A stretch of 64,000 bases of DNA, from the NCBI GenBank assembly GCA_964016885.1, contig OZ024746.1:71672001-71736000 (forward strand), written 5' to 3'. This DNA comes from Eledone cirrhosa. Its lineage: Eukaryota. This document shows, in pieces, positions 14,539 to 29,060 of the stretch (positions are counted from its first letter, which is position 1; the number at the start of each line of letters is the position of its first letter). The notes beneath the pieces were generated by a model that saw nothing but the letters and a program-made list of their open reading frames with translations, made no database searches and was not told the origin of the DNA. A program made the position numbers and the translations under genes.

Positions 14539-14656
14539 ATATATATATGTATGCATGTAAGTGTTTATATGTATGCATTTGTACGTATATGCTGCTTGCT
14601 TAATCTCTTTATCTGTTAGCGCTCACTTTTTCTCCCTCCCTTTACTCAAATGCTGT

Positions 14657-14719
<63 letters not shown>

Positions 14720-15091
14720 CTCACTCTTTCTATCCCCTCTCGGTTTACTTTCATACTCCGCCTCTTTCTTTCTCTTTCCCTCTCTCTCTCAGACTCTTGT
14801 TTCCACCTCTCTAACTGCCTCTGTCCTCGCCCCGACTCCCCTTCTCTCAATCATCCAGTCGCCTGTATCATCCGATATCCAGTATATATGTGCTGAAAAC
14901 TGAGCTGATATCTTGTCATTGGATACCTGGCTAAGGAGGTTTCAATCCCAGCGTGCCGCACCCATCCTCCGATTCCCCCTCCTGTACTTTAACACATTTC
15001 ACCGTATGATTAATCAGCGCTTATAGACTTCCCTATACAACAAATAGAAATATTTACACACACACAAAATACATACACATATATATATAAA

Positions 15092-15122
<31 letters not shown>

Positions 15123-15137
15123 TTATCTATCTATCTA

Positions 15138-15172
<35 letters not shown>

Positions 15173-15173
15173 G

Positions 15174-15233
<60 letters not shown>

Positions 15234-15303
15234 GTATGTGTGTATGTGGCTGTGTGTACATATGCATATATATAAATATATGTACATATATATGTGTGAG
15301 AAT

Positions 15304-15390
<87 letters not shown>

Positions 15391-15395
15391 TATAG

Positions 15396-15444
<49 letters not shown>

Positions 15445-15508
15445 CTGTGTCTGTGTCTGTGTGTACATATACATATATATATAAATATATATACATATAG
15501 ATGTCTGA

Positions 15509-15568
<60 letters not shown>

Positions 15569-15636
15569 ATATGTATATATATATAAACGAATTTATATAG
15601 ATAAACAGACGTGTAGATAGATAGATAGATAGATAT

Positions 15637-16152
15637 ATTTCTTTATTAGCCACAGGGGCACAAAAGAAGGGGACAAATACAAAGGGGGAAGTTTACATAC
15701 AATAAAAACGTGTAAAATGTTATCACAGATGGAATTTAAAAAAGTTAGTCGATTTTCCCCAATAGAGGGAGACATAGATAGATAGATTTCTTTATTAGCC
15801 ACAAGGGCGCAACAAGAAAGGGGACAATACAAAGACATGCCGGGGATTTTACATACAGTCGTGTAAAAAATATAAAAACAAACAATTTCAACAATCGAAA
15901 TCCCCAATAGGGGGGAGGCGCCACAAATGGGTTGTTTATACCCCGTCGATAGAACAACCCTCAACTCAAGGAGCGTGTTGTGCAAGTGCTCCTTTCTTCC
16001 TTTTGCTCTCTTCCTCAACCTACAGGCTTATAAACAGAGAAGGCCCAATCACTCGGGCCATTTTCGCTTCATTCACCCACCTTTCAGTAAATTTACTGGG
16101 GTGCAGTGCCTCTCTCTCCACCCTGATTCTCCTTCTAAAGTGATACTTAAAG

Positions 16153-16155
<3 letters not shown>
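15637..16155 (-). mobile_element. L1/Tx1-clade LINE 3' end (two tandem 3' ends) inserted in (GATA)n
   Basis: 16155-16020 reads [40 protein letters not shown], similar to a Tx1 ORF2 C-terminus. 3' ends TGTGGCTAATAAAGAAAT at ~15786 and ~15637, each running into (CTAT)n. Confidence 0.65.
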
Positions 16156-16225
<70 letters not shown>

Positions 16226-16378
16226 GTGTGTTTGAGAGACATTGGCGGGGGGGGGGTGCAAGCAAGTTTAGTGAAATATGATCAGAACCATTTAAGTGTC
16301 GAGCTTTCAATGTCTCAGAATGAATTTCACTCTGGGTCACTGGATTCATGTTTAAGGCTAACAATGATGGTACATTTG

Positions 16379-16447
<69 letters not shown>

Positions 16448-16466
16448 ATATATATGTATATATATG

Positions 16467-16513
<47 letters not shown>

Positions 16514-16565
16514 TATATATATATATATATATATATAGTATATATATATATATATATATATATAG

Positions 16566-16596
<31 letters not shown>

Positions 16597-16675
16597 GTAT
16601 ATATATATATGTGTGTGTATATATACATATATATATATATATATAGATAGATAGATAGATAGGTAGGTATATATT

Positions 16676-16711
<36 letters not shown>

Positions 16712-16726
16712 TGTATGAGTATGTAG

Positions 16727-16762
<36 letters not shown>

Positions 16763-16769
16763 AAGTATG

Positions 16770-16890
<121 letters not shown>

Positions 16891-16902
16891 ATATATATAT
16901 AT

Positions 16903-17050
16903 ATAATGAAGCAAGTGTGGTAAGGAACCAAGTGGACCATAACGCACCAGTGTACTCGATACTTTGGGTAGTAGAGTGGGTAATAGGAAAAGGTTCAGGA
17001 CCCCGATGGCAGAGCTCAAGCCGTTTCGACGGCTATTTCTGGTCCAGAAA
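16903..17050 (-). mobile_element. Family D PLE-like fragment (3' half of hammerhead plus tail)
   Basis: Minus strand: TATTTCTGGACCAGAAATAGCCGTC-GAAA-CGGCTTGAGCTCTGCCA-TC-GGGG, followed by the family D tail. Confidence 0.7.
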
Positions 17051-17085
17051 TATATACATACATATATATACATATATATACACGT

Positions 17086-17132
<47 letters not shown>

Positions 17133-17318
17133 TATACATATATATATATATACATAGATATTCAAGCATTTGATGTATATATACAAATATACATATTTGT
17201 ATACTCGTATGTAAATAAATGCACAAACACGCACAGATACACACACACATATAGTTATACTGTGTTTGTGTATGTGTGGTGTGTGTGTGTGTGCGTGTGT
17301 GTGTGTGTGTGTGTGTGC

Positions 17319-17364
<46 letters not shown>

Positions 17365-17702
17365 GTGCGTGTGTGTGCGTGTGTGTGCGTGTGTACATAT
17401 CTATAGATAGGTTGAAACGGATATTGCTATATTTTGCGAGAATCTTGCCACCAATAAATCACCCGCTCCAAATCAGTTACGCTTAGATGGTGTTGTTTTT
17501 ATTAGTTAGGTAACTAATCTATTCATTGGTTAATTTAGTGACCGTGTGTTTATCTGTTACTTTGTCAATGACTAATCTGATCTTCTTTTAGTTACTCCAT
17601 CGTGTCCTTCTATTATATAAATGTGGTATGCGCATGCGTACGTGTGTGTTTGTATACCACTACTTCGAGAGATATTATTAAAATGAGTGATATTATTAAA
17701 AA

Positions 17703-18083
17703 TCAAATCCCGCCGAGGTTAACTTTGCCTTCCATCCTTACGGGGTCGATAAAATAAAGTACCAGTAATACACTGGGTAATTGCTGGCTTGGTGCCAAAA
17801 ATAGAAAGAATTATTAAAATGAAAAACGAAATTTGTTTCGTTCGGATATATATTAATATTAAAAGTAGAAACAATTATCAAAATGAAAAACAGCAGTGGA
17901 CTGGCAGTATTGGTAGAGAGTCAGACGCAATGCTTTCCAGCATAGTTACGTCCCTTTACGGTCTGAGTTCAAATCCCGCCGAGGTTAACTTTGCATTTCA
18001 TCCTTACGGGGTCGATAAAATAAAGTACCAGTAATGTACTGAGTAATTATTGGCCTTGTGCCAAAAATAGAAACAATTATTAA
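17703..18083 (+). mobile_element. tRNA-derived SINE, partial and full copy in tandem
   Basis: A-box-like TGGCAGTATTGG, B-box GTTCAAATCC, and central GCCTTTCATCCTTACGGGGTCGATAAAATAAAGTACCAG (MetaSINE-like domain, from recall). Confidence 0.85.
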
Positions 18084-18468
18084 AATGAAAAACGAAATTT
18101 GTTTCGTTCGGAAATATATTAATATTAAATGTTTAAATCCTACTTACAATTTAGTTAAATAACATTCAAATTATATTAGATAAAATTTTGACTAGTATTT
18201 AACCATTTAATAAAGTCTTGTGAAAAAAAAAAAGCAGTGGAAACTCACTTTCTTATACTTTCTCTTTACACAGATTACATTCAGGTGATTCAAGGATTTT
18301 TAACTTTTAATTAGAAAATAACTATCTTTATGATTCGGTTTATGTGGGAATTTTTATAACAGTAGCTATTTATGTTAAGCAGGATGTAGAATACTATCGA
18401 AATGGTGACTCTGATGTTGATATAACTATACCTGTTATTTTTTTCAAGAGTTTAAAATCAATGTCAAA

Positions 18469-18860
18469 ATAATTGTTTCTAGTTTTGGCACAAGGCCAGC
18501 AACTATCCCAGTGCATTACTGGTTCTTTATTTTATCGACCCCGTAAGGATGAAAAGCAAAGTTAACCTCGGAGGGAGTTGAACTCAGAACATAAAGAGCC
18601 GTAACTCTATACTGCAAAGTATATCGTCCAACCCTCTACCCATACTGCCAATCCACCGTCCTATGAAAATAATTGTTTCTATTTTAGGCACAAGGCCAGC
18701 AATTACCCAGTGCATTACTAGTACTTTATTTTATCGACCCCGTAAGGATGAAAGGCAAAGTCAACCTCGGCGGGATTTGAACTCAGATCGTAAAGGGACG
18801 TAACTATGCTGGAAAGCATGGCGTCCGACCCTCTACTGATACTGACAATCCACCGTCCTA
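18469..18860 (-). mobile_element. Two tandem tRNA-derived SINE copies
   Basis: Two reverse-complement copies of the same family, each beginning at TAGGACGGTGGATTG on the minus strand. Confidence 0.85.
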
Positions 18861-18938
18861 TGAAAATAATAAACTGTAAACACACATTCTATACAAACAA
18901 AGCATACGAGATTATATCTCCACGTTTATATATATATA

Positions 18939-19272
18939 CAATATATTAACAAATGGAAACTATATTTATAAAACCATATTTATTTTATTATACATATTTC
19001 AAGGGCCACCAAGGCAAATTATGGTGCGTTTTCATCAAATAAAATACAATACAGATTAGTTTTATAAATAAATATTGACATACCCTGAAAAAAAGACAAC
19101 CTTAACGGTGGGCTTCCTGGATAGTCGTATGTAAATAAATATGGTTTTATAAATATAGTTTCCATTTATTAATATATTGTATATTTACTGCAATAAACTG
19201 TTGAGTGCTTTATATCAGTTCTAAAAATATTTTAAAGCTTGTTATATCCCAACAAATTAAATATAACCTCTG
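18939..19272 (+). mobile_element. Family A PLE-like fold-back element with partly deleted arm
   Basis: Inverted ends ATGGAAACTATATTTATAAAACCATATTTATTT / AAATAAATATGGTTTTATAAATATAGTTTCCAT. Degenerate hammerhead (TTGATGA..GAAATATGTATA) on the minus strand. Tail with TTGAGTGC. Confidence 0.75.
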
Positions 19273-19289
19273 CATATATATATATATGC

Positions 19290-19357
<68 letters not shown>

Positions 19358-19358
<1 letters not shown>

Positions 19359-19548
19359 CGTAGGTCCCGGGTTGAGTCGGGGATCACCACAGTAAGTAAG
19401 GTACTCAATACATGGCAGAGTAAAATATTTTTATTTTATAGAAGGAGCTTCTACAGGACTAGTACTGTTTCATTCAGATGAGCTTCCTGAAGATTTCATC
19501 TGAATGAAACAGTACTAGTCCTGTAGAAGGTCCTTCTATAAAATATAA
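19358..19548. mobile_element. Family E fold-back element in (TA)n
   Basis: 50-bp inverted arms 19432-19481 / 19496-19545. One-sided tail 19358-19431 containing GTACTCAA. Confidence 0.75.
19483..19529 (+). ncRNA. Type I hammerhead ribozyme motif (family E)
   Basis: CTTC-CTGAAGA-T-TTCA(TC)TGAA-T-GAAA-CAG(TACTAGTC)CTG-TA-GAAG. Confidence 0.8.
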
Positions 19549-19840
19549 ATATATATATATATATATATATACCAATTTTTTGGCTCTGTTTAACTGCATT
19601 GAGCTATACCTTTTACTGTCATTTCTATAATATGAAGAGGGTGTTTGACTCCAACACGCTCCAGTATTCTAATCCTTATATATTTATATATATATATATA
19701 TATATATATGTGTATATATATATATATACACGCATATATATATATATACGGATATACATATGTAAGTACTTACGTATATATATATATGTATAAATGCATG
19801 TATGTACGTGTGTATGTATGTAGGTAAGTAGGTTTGTATA

Positions 19841-19939
<99 letters not shown>

Positions 19940-20222
19940 AACGGTGGTGGTAGTCGTAGAGAAGTAGGCGTGGTGTCTGTAGATTGAAAAGTATGGAGAG
20001 AAAGGATCATATAGGTGGAATCAGCAGTTAATTAGAGCAAATAAGCAAGGGGAACAAGTGCACATACATACACATGCATACACATACATATACATACACA
20101 CATACATCACACACGCAAATATATATATATATATACATTGTACATACACATGTGTGTGTATATGGAGGTGTACACCAGATTTTCTTGCAGATATGCACTA
20201 ATCAACTGCTGACACTCAATAT

Positions 20223-20381
<159 letters not shown>

Positions 20382-20529
20382 GTAATTAGACACATATTGT
20401 CATAAATATAGATAAATATGAATTTTGATAGGCTGGTAGATAAATATATAGACTGACATACAAGACGGGTGTACATATATGTGTGTGTGTGTATGTATGT
20501 GGATATGAACATGTTTGTGTGTGTGTGTA

Positions 20530-20624
<95 letters not shown>

Positions 20625-20700
20625 TTATATATGTGTGTATATATATATGAATGTATATATATATATATATACATTCATATATATATTCACACATATATAA

Positions 20701-20732
<32 letters not shown>

Positions 20733-20758
20733 TTATATATGTGTGTATATATATATGA

Positions 20759-20818
<60 letters not shown>

Positions 20819-21178
20819 ATGTATGTATATGTATATAGCCTATATAGAGAGAGGAGGTGTGCACTAGATAGGTAGATAGATAGATAGAGAGAGAGAGACA
20901 GAGAGACAGAGAGAGATAGGAAATCGGAAAGTTTGGTACATACAATGTTACAAACAAAACTTGATAAGGTGCTAAACACCCACACACATATACTATCTAA
21001 TTGATTTTTATATTCTTGTATAGACTAGACAAAGAAATACATGCACATACATACACACACACATAAACACTTACACCCACATGTGTATATATATATACAC
21101 TATGTTTATGTATATATATATGAGTGTGTGTGTTTGTATGCATATGTGAATATATGTATATATATAAATATATAAATA

Positions 21179-21225
<47 letters not shown>

Positions 21226-21357
21226 AAATATGTAAATATATATGTAAATATATATATATATAAATATATAAATATATATGTATACATATATATATATATA
21301 TACATACATGCATACATACATACACGTATATATATATATATGCATACATACATACAC

Positions 21358-21404
<47 letters not shown>

Positions 21405-21422
21405 CATGCATACATACATACA

Positions 21423-21464
<42 letters not shown>

Positions 21465-21538
21465 CATGTATCACATGCTTGTATATGTACGAACAAGCAT
21501 GCATACAAACATACACACACACACACACACACACATAG

Positions 21539-21573
<35 letters not shown>

Positions 21574-21580
21574 TACACAT

Positions 21581-21641
<61 letters not shown>

Positions 21642-22150
21642 GCTCAAAATTCAAAGTAAAGGATATTTAGTATTTCAGTATTTTAGTATTTAGATCGTTA
21701 ACGAGAGCAAGCAAGATGTCATGTGGCAAGAGATAAAGATAGATGTTTAGGGAAACTAAAAACACAACAAAGACAAATACAAGACAAAAAAATAACAAAC
21801 ATAATGAAAACAGTGTTGATTACTTTCAAATGCTTGCAAAATCTGTGCCAACATCATTGAAGGTAAAATGAAGATCCGCCATTTTGTTTTTGCAATGTGA
21901 AGTAATGAGACACATACAGGTTGTTCGTTTTAATTAGCGCTTGTAATTTGATCAGCATATATAATGGATCACCTCACTAATGAAACTACTGACAAAGGAG
22001 TTATATGCGCTATATCTGCACATAATTTCAGTAGGGTTGTCAGTGTGTATATGTGTGTATATGTGTGTATATGTGTGTGTATATGTGATAGATGTATGTG
22101 GCATAGTGTGTGCATGTGAGTGAAAAAGTGGAAAATGTTATATATATATA

Positions 22151-22224
<74 letters not shown>

Positions 22225-22629
22225 TATATATATATACACACTATATATATATACACTATATATATATATATATACACTATATATATATATACATAAACAC
22301 TATATATATATACACTATATATATATATATATACACTATATATATATATACATATACACTATATATATATACACTATATATATATATATATATATGCACG
22401 ATATATATATATAATATATATATATGAAGTATGTGGTTGAGAAGTGAGAACAAGAGAGAGGGAGAAAGAGATGTGAAGTGTATAAGTGCTATGTCAGTGA
22501 GAAATAAGAGAAAGTGTGAGTGTATGTGAATGTCTGTGTGTGTGCGTATGTGTGTGTGTTTGTGTGTGTGGTTGTGTGTCTTTTTTACCTGTATTTGGTT
22601 CCTTTTTTCAAATGAACATGTATTATTGT

Positions 22630-22793
22630 AGGGTCGGACGCCATGCTTTCCAGCATAGTTACGTCCCTTTACGATCTGAGTTCAAATCCCGCCGAGGTTG
22701 ACTTTGCCTTTCATCCTTACGGGGTCGATAAAATAAAGTACCAGTAATGCACTGGGTAATTGCTGGCCTTGTGCCTAAAGTAGAGACAATTAT
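22630..22793 (+). mobile_element. tRNA-derived SINE (5'-truncated)
   Basis: B-box and central domain as at 17896. Confidence 0.85.
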
Positions 22794-23000
22794 TGTGTTA
22801 TGTGTACATACATTCACACACACACTTTGTATGTGCATATGTATGTATATAGGTATTGTGTATATGTATGTATATATATACGTACGTATCTATGTGTGTG
22901 TGTTTATGTTTTTCGTTCTCTGCTTGTATTTGCGTGAGAATTCCGGTCACAAATTAAATATTTCTTGGCATTTGTATTTTTTTGTTTGTATACTCATAAG

Positions 23001-23066
<66 letters not shown>

Positions 23067-23456
23067 ACACACACACACACACACATGCAGTTTCATAATA
23101 TAAGCATAGAAAGTACGTGCTTTTATATGTCTGAGCGCGTTTATATATGTGTGGAAACAAATTCTATTCAAGAAACGTCAAGTACATTATGAATTGTTCA
23201 TAGTCAAACGTGCTCAACGTGTTTCTCTATGAAAAATAGTCAAACATGCTGGGTATATATGTTCTTATAGACGTGAAAACTGTACACCACCGCCTGTGCG
23301 ACTCGAATGCTTGCCGTATATTAGACGGCTACGTTACCATTAAACCAAAGCGTGTCTGGCCCGTCAAAATTTAAGCCTTATATGTCGGCCAGTAGCTGTA
23401 AACAAAGAAATTATCTTATATGAGATGTGTTCTGCAGCAATTTTTCCGTCACTAAG

Positions 23457-23520
<64 letters not shown>

Positions 23521-23524
<4 letters not shown>

Positions 23525-23714
23525 ACAAAGAAGGTGTGCTAAGGAATCATGTGGGCCATAACCCACCAGAGTACTCGATACTTAGGGTAGTAGAGTGGGT
23601 AATAGGCCGTTTCGATAGCTAGAGCCGTTCGACAGCTAGAGTTTAGATCTAGCTGTCGAAACGGCCGGAGCTCAGCAATCGGGGTCATGATTCGGGGTCA
23701 TGATTCTTTTCCTA
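23521..23714. mobile_element. Family D PLE-like fold-back element
   Basis: Inverted tail, then GACAGCTAGA..TCTAGCTGTC-GAAA-CGGCCGGAGCTCAGCAATCGGGG. Between (TA)n tracts. Confidence 0.7.
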
Positions 23715-24312
23715 TATATATATATATGCCTGGCATTCTAGAGATACGGACTTCAATCCGTCGTAGCGGCTACTGTCCCCTATTTCTTTCCATCCCTAAG
23801 TGATTTTATCCGATTTTCTAAAGTTATTTATAGGAAAAGACTGCTGTTGCAATTATATTCTACGTTTGTACTCCCACATTTCCTACTATTACGCAAACGC
23901 CATAACATATCATATAATTTGTATACACATTCTGGTTCTAGCAAGTTGTTAAGTATAACATTTCAAATTGAACAGGATTTGTTAACCTTGAGAGTAATGG
24001 CTAATGCACTCGGTCGGTATTCAAGATATACGGAGTTCGATTATAAGTATCGAATACTAGCCACATCATTGCGATCCTAAAAGTATTTTAACCGAGGGTT
24101 AGATGGTTTATCTGAAATTTATTGAGGTATTTGTCCAGGAAACATTTGATTGTTTTGGGGTCGTTTTGTTTTGTTTCGGTATGATATTAAAGAAAGCAAG
24201 GCCAGTTGAGATTAAATAGTTCAATTATATTGTTATATTTTAATTATTAGCAGAAAAAAGCACCCAAACTTTAAAACGAAATAGTGCACAGGAGAATAGT
24301 CGCAAAGGTAGA

Positions 24313-24519
24313 AAAGGATTACGTGTGTGTGCGTGTGATCGCAAGCGTGCGTGTGTGTGTGTAAGCGAGTGCGTATGTACACGCACAGACTTATATATAT
24401 ATATATATATAAGCGAGTGCGTATGTACACGCACAGACTTCCACCATCCCACTCTCAAGAGCGTGAAATTAATAAACCTTTGTTCGTACTGCCTCTCTGT
24501 TTTGTTCCCGTTCAATTTT

Positions 24520-24613
<94 letters not shown>

Positions 24614-24704
24614 AATATATATATAAGTCTGTGCGTGTACATACGCACTCGCTTACACACACACGCGCACGCTTGCGATCACACGCACACACACGTAATC
24701 CTTT
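24313..24704. repeat. Inverted repeat (~80-bp arms) enclosing a family F tail fragment and (TA)n
   Basis: AAAGGATTACGTG..GCACAGACTTATA versus TATAAGTCTGTGC..CACGTAATCCTTT. Internal 30-bp direct duplication at 24411-24440. Confidence 0.85.
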
Positions 24705-24706
24705 AT

Positions 24707-24780
<74 letters not shown>

Positions 24781-24826
24781 TGTATGACCGGGAATAGCGA
24801 GAGTCTATGGCTCCGTTAATTTATCG

Positions 24827-24855
<29 letters not shown>

Positions 24856-24861
<6 letters not shown>

Positions 24862-25310
24862 ATTAAATAAATGGAAACTATATTTATAAAACCATATTTA
24901 TTTCATTATATATATTTCAGGGATATCATATTAACAATATGCTATGCCTTCCTCAGACAAAATACAATATAAACAGTTTTATAGATAAATAGATTCGACA
25001 TACCGTAACAACATCTACTTGCATTTGAGAAGGTTGATCAAATCAACCTTTTCAAATGCAAGTCGATGTTGTTACGGTATGTCGAATCTATTTATCTATA
25101 AAACTGTTTATATTGTATTTTGTCTGAGGAAGGCATAGCATATTGTTAATATGATATCCCTGAAATATATATAATGAAATAAATATGGTTTTATAAATAT
25201 AGTTTCCATTTATTTAATATTGTAAATATACTCCAAATATTTGTCGAGTGCTTTTATATCAGTTATAAATATTTACTAGTTGTAACCCAACAATTTAAAT
25301 ATAACTTTCC
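24856..25310 (+). mobile_element. Family A palindromic PLE-like element: 183-bp arms, CAA spacer, 3' tail
   Basis: Arms 24856-25038 / 25042-25224 with 2 visible mismatches. Tail 25225-25310 with TCGAGTGC. Flanked by (TA)n. Confidence 0.85.
25116..25181 (+). ncRNA. Type I hammerhead ribozyme motif (family A; mirror copy on minus strand at 24899-24964)
   Basis: TATTTTGT-CTGAGGA-AGGCATAGCATATT..AATATGATATCCCT-GAAA-TATATA-TA-ATGAAATA. Confidence 0.8.
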
Positions 25311-25492
25311 ATATATATATATATATATATATAACTGATGTCATACACTGATGGTTTTTCCCTGTTTGACTGATGGCGCACTATCTCTCTCTCTGGTGTG
25401 TTATCTTTTCTACATATTGTATATATATATATGTGTGTGTATACATACATATATATGTGCATGTGTGTGTGTGTGTATGTGTCACAAAATAT

Positions 25493-25705
25493 GATTTTTA
25501 GTATAGGCACAAGGCCAGCAATTTTGAGGGAGGGAAAAGTCGATTAAATCGACCCCAGTACGTTACTGGTTCTTTATTTTATCACCCCGTAAGGACAAAA
25601 GGCAAAGTTAACCTCGGCGGGATTTGAACTCAGACCGTAAAGGACCATAACTCTATGCTGCAAAGCATGGTGTCCGACCCTCTACCGATACTGCCAATCC
25701 ACCAC
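25493..25705 (-). mobile_element. tRNA-derived SINE, longer 3' variant
   Basis: Reverse complement of the family consensus with an extra GGGGTCGATTTAATCGACT segment. Confidence 0.85.
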
Positions 25706-27389
25706 CCCTGTGTGTCACAAGATATGAATAATTACAAAAGAGGTTACGCTATTAGTTTTCTTCAACTTGTGACTTTGGTTTGGTTTTCTTTTATCCATTG
25801 TATTTTTATTCATAAATTTAAACTTTTTTTTGTTCTTAAACATTAAATTGCTCACAAAAGGAAAAATAAAAAGTAAATATAATAATGAAAACAAAAAAGT
25901 AACAATCTAAATTCAAGCAAAACCAGACAGAAATATATCATTTGTTTAAATACTTTTTGTCAGATTCTTTCTCACCCTTTTTTAAAGAAAAAAATACAAC
26001 CACCCTACCCTCACTCTCACCCACTAAATTTCTAATTGCTTAAATTGAAAAGCGATCCCGAAATATTCTATTTATTAATTAATTATCACATTTTTGTGGC
26101 GGGGTGTTAAGAATCTAAGCGAAAAAGAAAAAAAAAATGAAAGTGACAATTAAAAAGCGCAAAAAATAAGCTCAGAAAGATAAATGACTCTTTTAACTAT
26201 AAATGTGTTTGAAAGAATTTTAAAAGCATAATTTAGTTTTAAATTATGTAGCAAGGCTGACATGAAAAAAAATTAGTAATGGTGAAGGAATAACAAACTT
26301 TTTTTCATTACTATTACTGGATTAGGAGGGCGGAGAAGGAGGTGAACTGATAGAATTAATAGAATGTTAAATAGAATGCTTTGCGGTATTCGTTTCCACA
26401 CTGTGTGCTCTGTGATTTCAAAACCTAGCCGAGGTCAACTTTGCCTTTCATAATTTCGAAATCGATTAAAAAATATGGTACCAGTAAAGTACTAGGGTTC
26501 ATTTAATCTACTTATACCGCCCACTACAAGACATTTTGCTTATATTAGAAACGATTTCGATGTTGGTAAATAAAAAAAATCAGTCCATTACCAGTACCCC
26601 CAGTATATATTTATATATATATATACAATTATACATATCCTTATAAATATGTATGTGTATGCATGTATAGGCATATATACACGCGTGAGTGTGTGTCTGT
26701 GCCTCTATGTGCATGCGTGTATGTAGATAAGGGGGGGGGGAGAAAAAGAGATAGGGAGAGAGAGAGATGGAGTGTGAAAAATAGAAAGAAAGAAACAAAG
26801 CTTGATTGAGGTAATGGTGTGTGGAGTATATGATATTGTTTGGTATTTTGTTAACTTATATTGACAGATGGCCAGATAAATATGTTTGGTTGGTTGGTTG
26901 GCTGGTTGGCTGGCTGGTTAATTGGTAGGGGGACATTAAAATTCAATTAATGCTACATGCTTATACACACTATACACTCATATATACACGCATGCTTCAC
27001 TTGAGATGTATAGCTATCAGCACATACATTATCAATTGTGGACGTAGCATGCCCGAATGGTTAAGGTGTTCGCTTTGCAATCACGAAGGCCCAGGGTTTG
27101 ATCAGTCTGTGTTACATGTTGGGTAGGTGTAATTTACGTTAGACTTGAGTCGACCCTGAACCTCCGTCAATTTCGAGGATGAGTATTCCAGTTGTTTGAT
27201 CAACAGAACGTCCTACCCTTGAAATTAACGTATAACTTGGCTGTGTATTCCACAGACAAGTGTAATTCTCATGTAGAATTTGTGTGACAGATTTTATGAC
27301 AGGTCTGACCTTTTGAATTCCAAGTACATTGCATTTTGTATTTAATATAGGTGTTTGTATGTCTTGTATTGAAGTCTACAGTCTAAAGT

Positions 27390-27660
27390 CTGCCTTAAGT
27401 CAGAAGGCTCATTTGGCCGGTGCTTATCCCGGTTTCATGGCGTGAAGTGACTGAGAGTACAAGACTCTCTCCTGGATAGGACGCTAGTCCATCGCAGGGT
27501 TAAACCCCCAGCTATTGCTGGTTCTCATTTTCAGCTGAGTATACTGGAGCAACGTGAAATGAAGTGTTTTTGCTCAAGAACACAACACGCAACCCAGGAA
27601 TTGAACCCACGACATTATAATCGTAAGTCCATCACCCTTACCACTAGGCCACATGCCTCC
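27390..27660 (-). mobile_element. Second tRNA-derived SINE family (CORE-like)
   Basis: Minus strand starts GGAGGCATGTGGCCTAGTGGTAAGG, with B-box GGTTCAATTCC, then TTCTTGAGCAAAAACACTT..GCTCCAGT. Fragment also at ~51828-51915. Confidence 0.75.
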
Positions 27661-28183
27661 ACGTATTGAAGTATAGGATGTTTGTATATCTTATATTGTA
27701 GTATATGTGATTGTATATCTTGTATTGTAGTATGAGCGACTGCAATTCTCGGTGTGATTCAAAAAGACATATGTTATAAGGCTGGCCCTATGAATTACGG
27801 ATATACAACATCTGACGGGCTTCCGAACAGTCCCCGTCTATTCAGATTCAAGATGACACACAATGACATCGAACTGCGAACATCATGTTTGTGACCACAG
27901 CGTAACAATAGCCATAACGCTACTATCAACAGAAGGGTGTAAAAATATCTCCACAGTTTGGTGATTAACGGTGTCAAAGGTTAAAATATCTGTTGTGATG
28001 AAAGGTGCGAAGCAGAGATCTGGTGTTTCAGTCATAAAGTTAGTGTTAGTCTGGTTGGGGATTAAGTGTGGAGATCAGAGCAAGGGAATGAGAGAAGGGG
28101 GGGGGGGGGAGAAGCTTAGCAAAACATATTGACAAGCAGGCTGTCAGACAGTGTGTGAAGGATAGTGTGTGGGGGAATAGTGC

Positions 28184-28228
<45 letters not shown>

Positions 28229-28715
28229 GAGAAAGAGAGACAGAGATGTGTGTTTGTGATGAGGTAGGGGATGAGAGTGAGAACGATGGAGGAATGAAAG
28301 AGGAGAGGGTTAGGTGAGTGTGTGTGGAGCAATTGAAAGATGTGTGACAGATTGCAAACTTTTAAAAGAGAAAGTCGATGGATTAGTGACTCGTGAGCGT
28401 AAAATATTGTGTTGGAAGTGGTCACAGACGACGAGGTGGATGGAAGGATTGATGGATGGGTGGAGATGGTAAGGGATAATAAAGGGATAAAGGAAAAAAA
28501 AGTAAGAGAAAATGGCCAAGTGAAGCAACAAGGCCAGATGGTCTCACTGTTGTTTTAGTTGGTGCAGATGGTGGTAATGGAGTTTGTGGTGGTGTAGCGG
28601 TGTGGTGGTGGAAGTCAATGGCTACGTTGGAGCGATGCTTTTGATGTGAAACAATGTTTGAGCATATGTATATTATAAATGTTTATGTGTACATATATAT
28701 ATATATATATTTATG

Positions 28716-28780
<65 letters not shown>

Positions 28781-28782
<2 letters not shown>

Positions 28783-29060
28783 TTATGCTTTGGGAGGGTC
28801 ATGTTGCCTATAAGAAACACACGCACCAGTTGATTTCACTCCAATTTATTATAAATTAAATTTATAAATTTAATAATTTATAAATTTCCAGTTGGTTGGT
28901 TGGTTCCATAACCGGACGGTTGTTCATATATTGTCAAAGTTCTTTCGTCACACATTATGTGACCTCTTCAGTGACTGGGGATTCTTTCTTTGTTTTGTGC
29001 CTCTCCTTTGTTGTGTCCTACGCCATCTTGTTATTCAAGATGGCGTAGGACAGAACAAAA
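28781..29060 (-). mobile_element. Family C hammerhead element ending in a terminal hairpin
   Basis: Reverse complement of 38130-38420. Hairpin TGTCCTACGCCATCTTG(TTATT)CAAGATGGCGTAGGACA. Confidence 0.8.
28933..28975 (-). ncRNA. Type I hammerhead ribozyme motif (family C)
   Basis: Minus strand: GTCA-CTGAAGA-G-GTCACA(TAATG)TGTGAC-GAAA-GAAC-TT-TGAC. Confidence 0.8.

Noticed and set aside
27590-27660. tRNA genes at A/B-box sites (also 17896, 32179, 48198, 54655)
   Set aside because: No complete cloverleaf, and they continue into SINE bodies.
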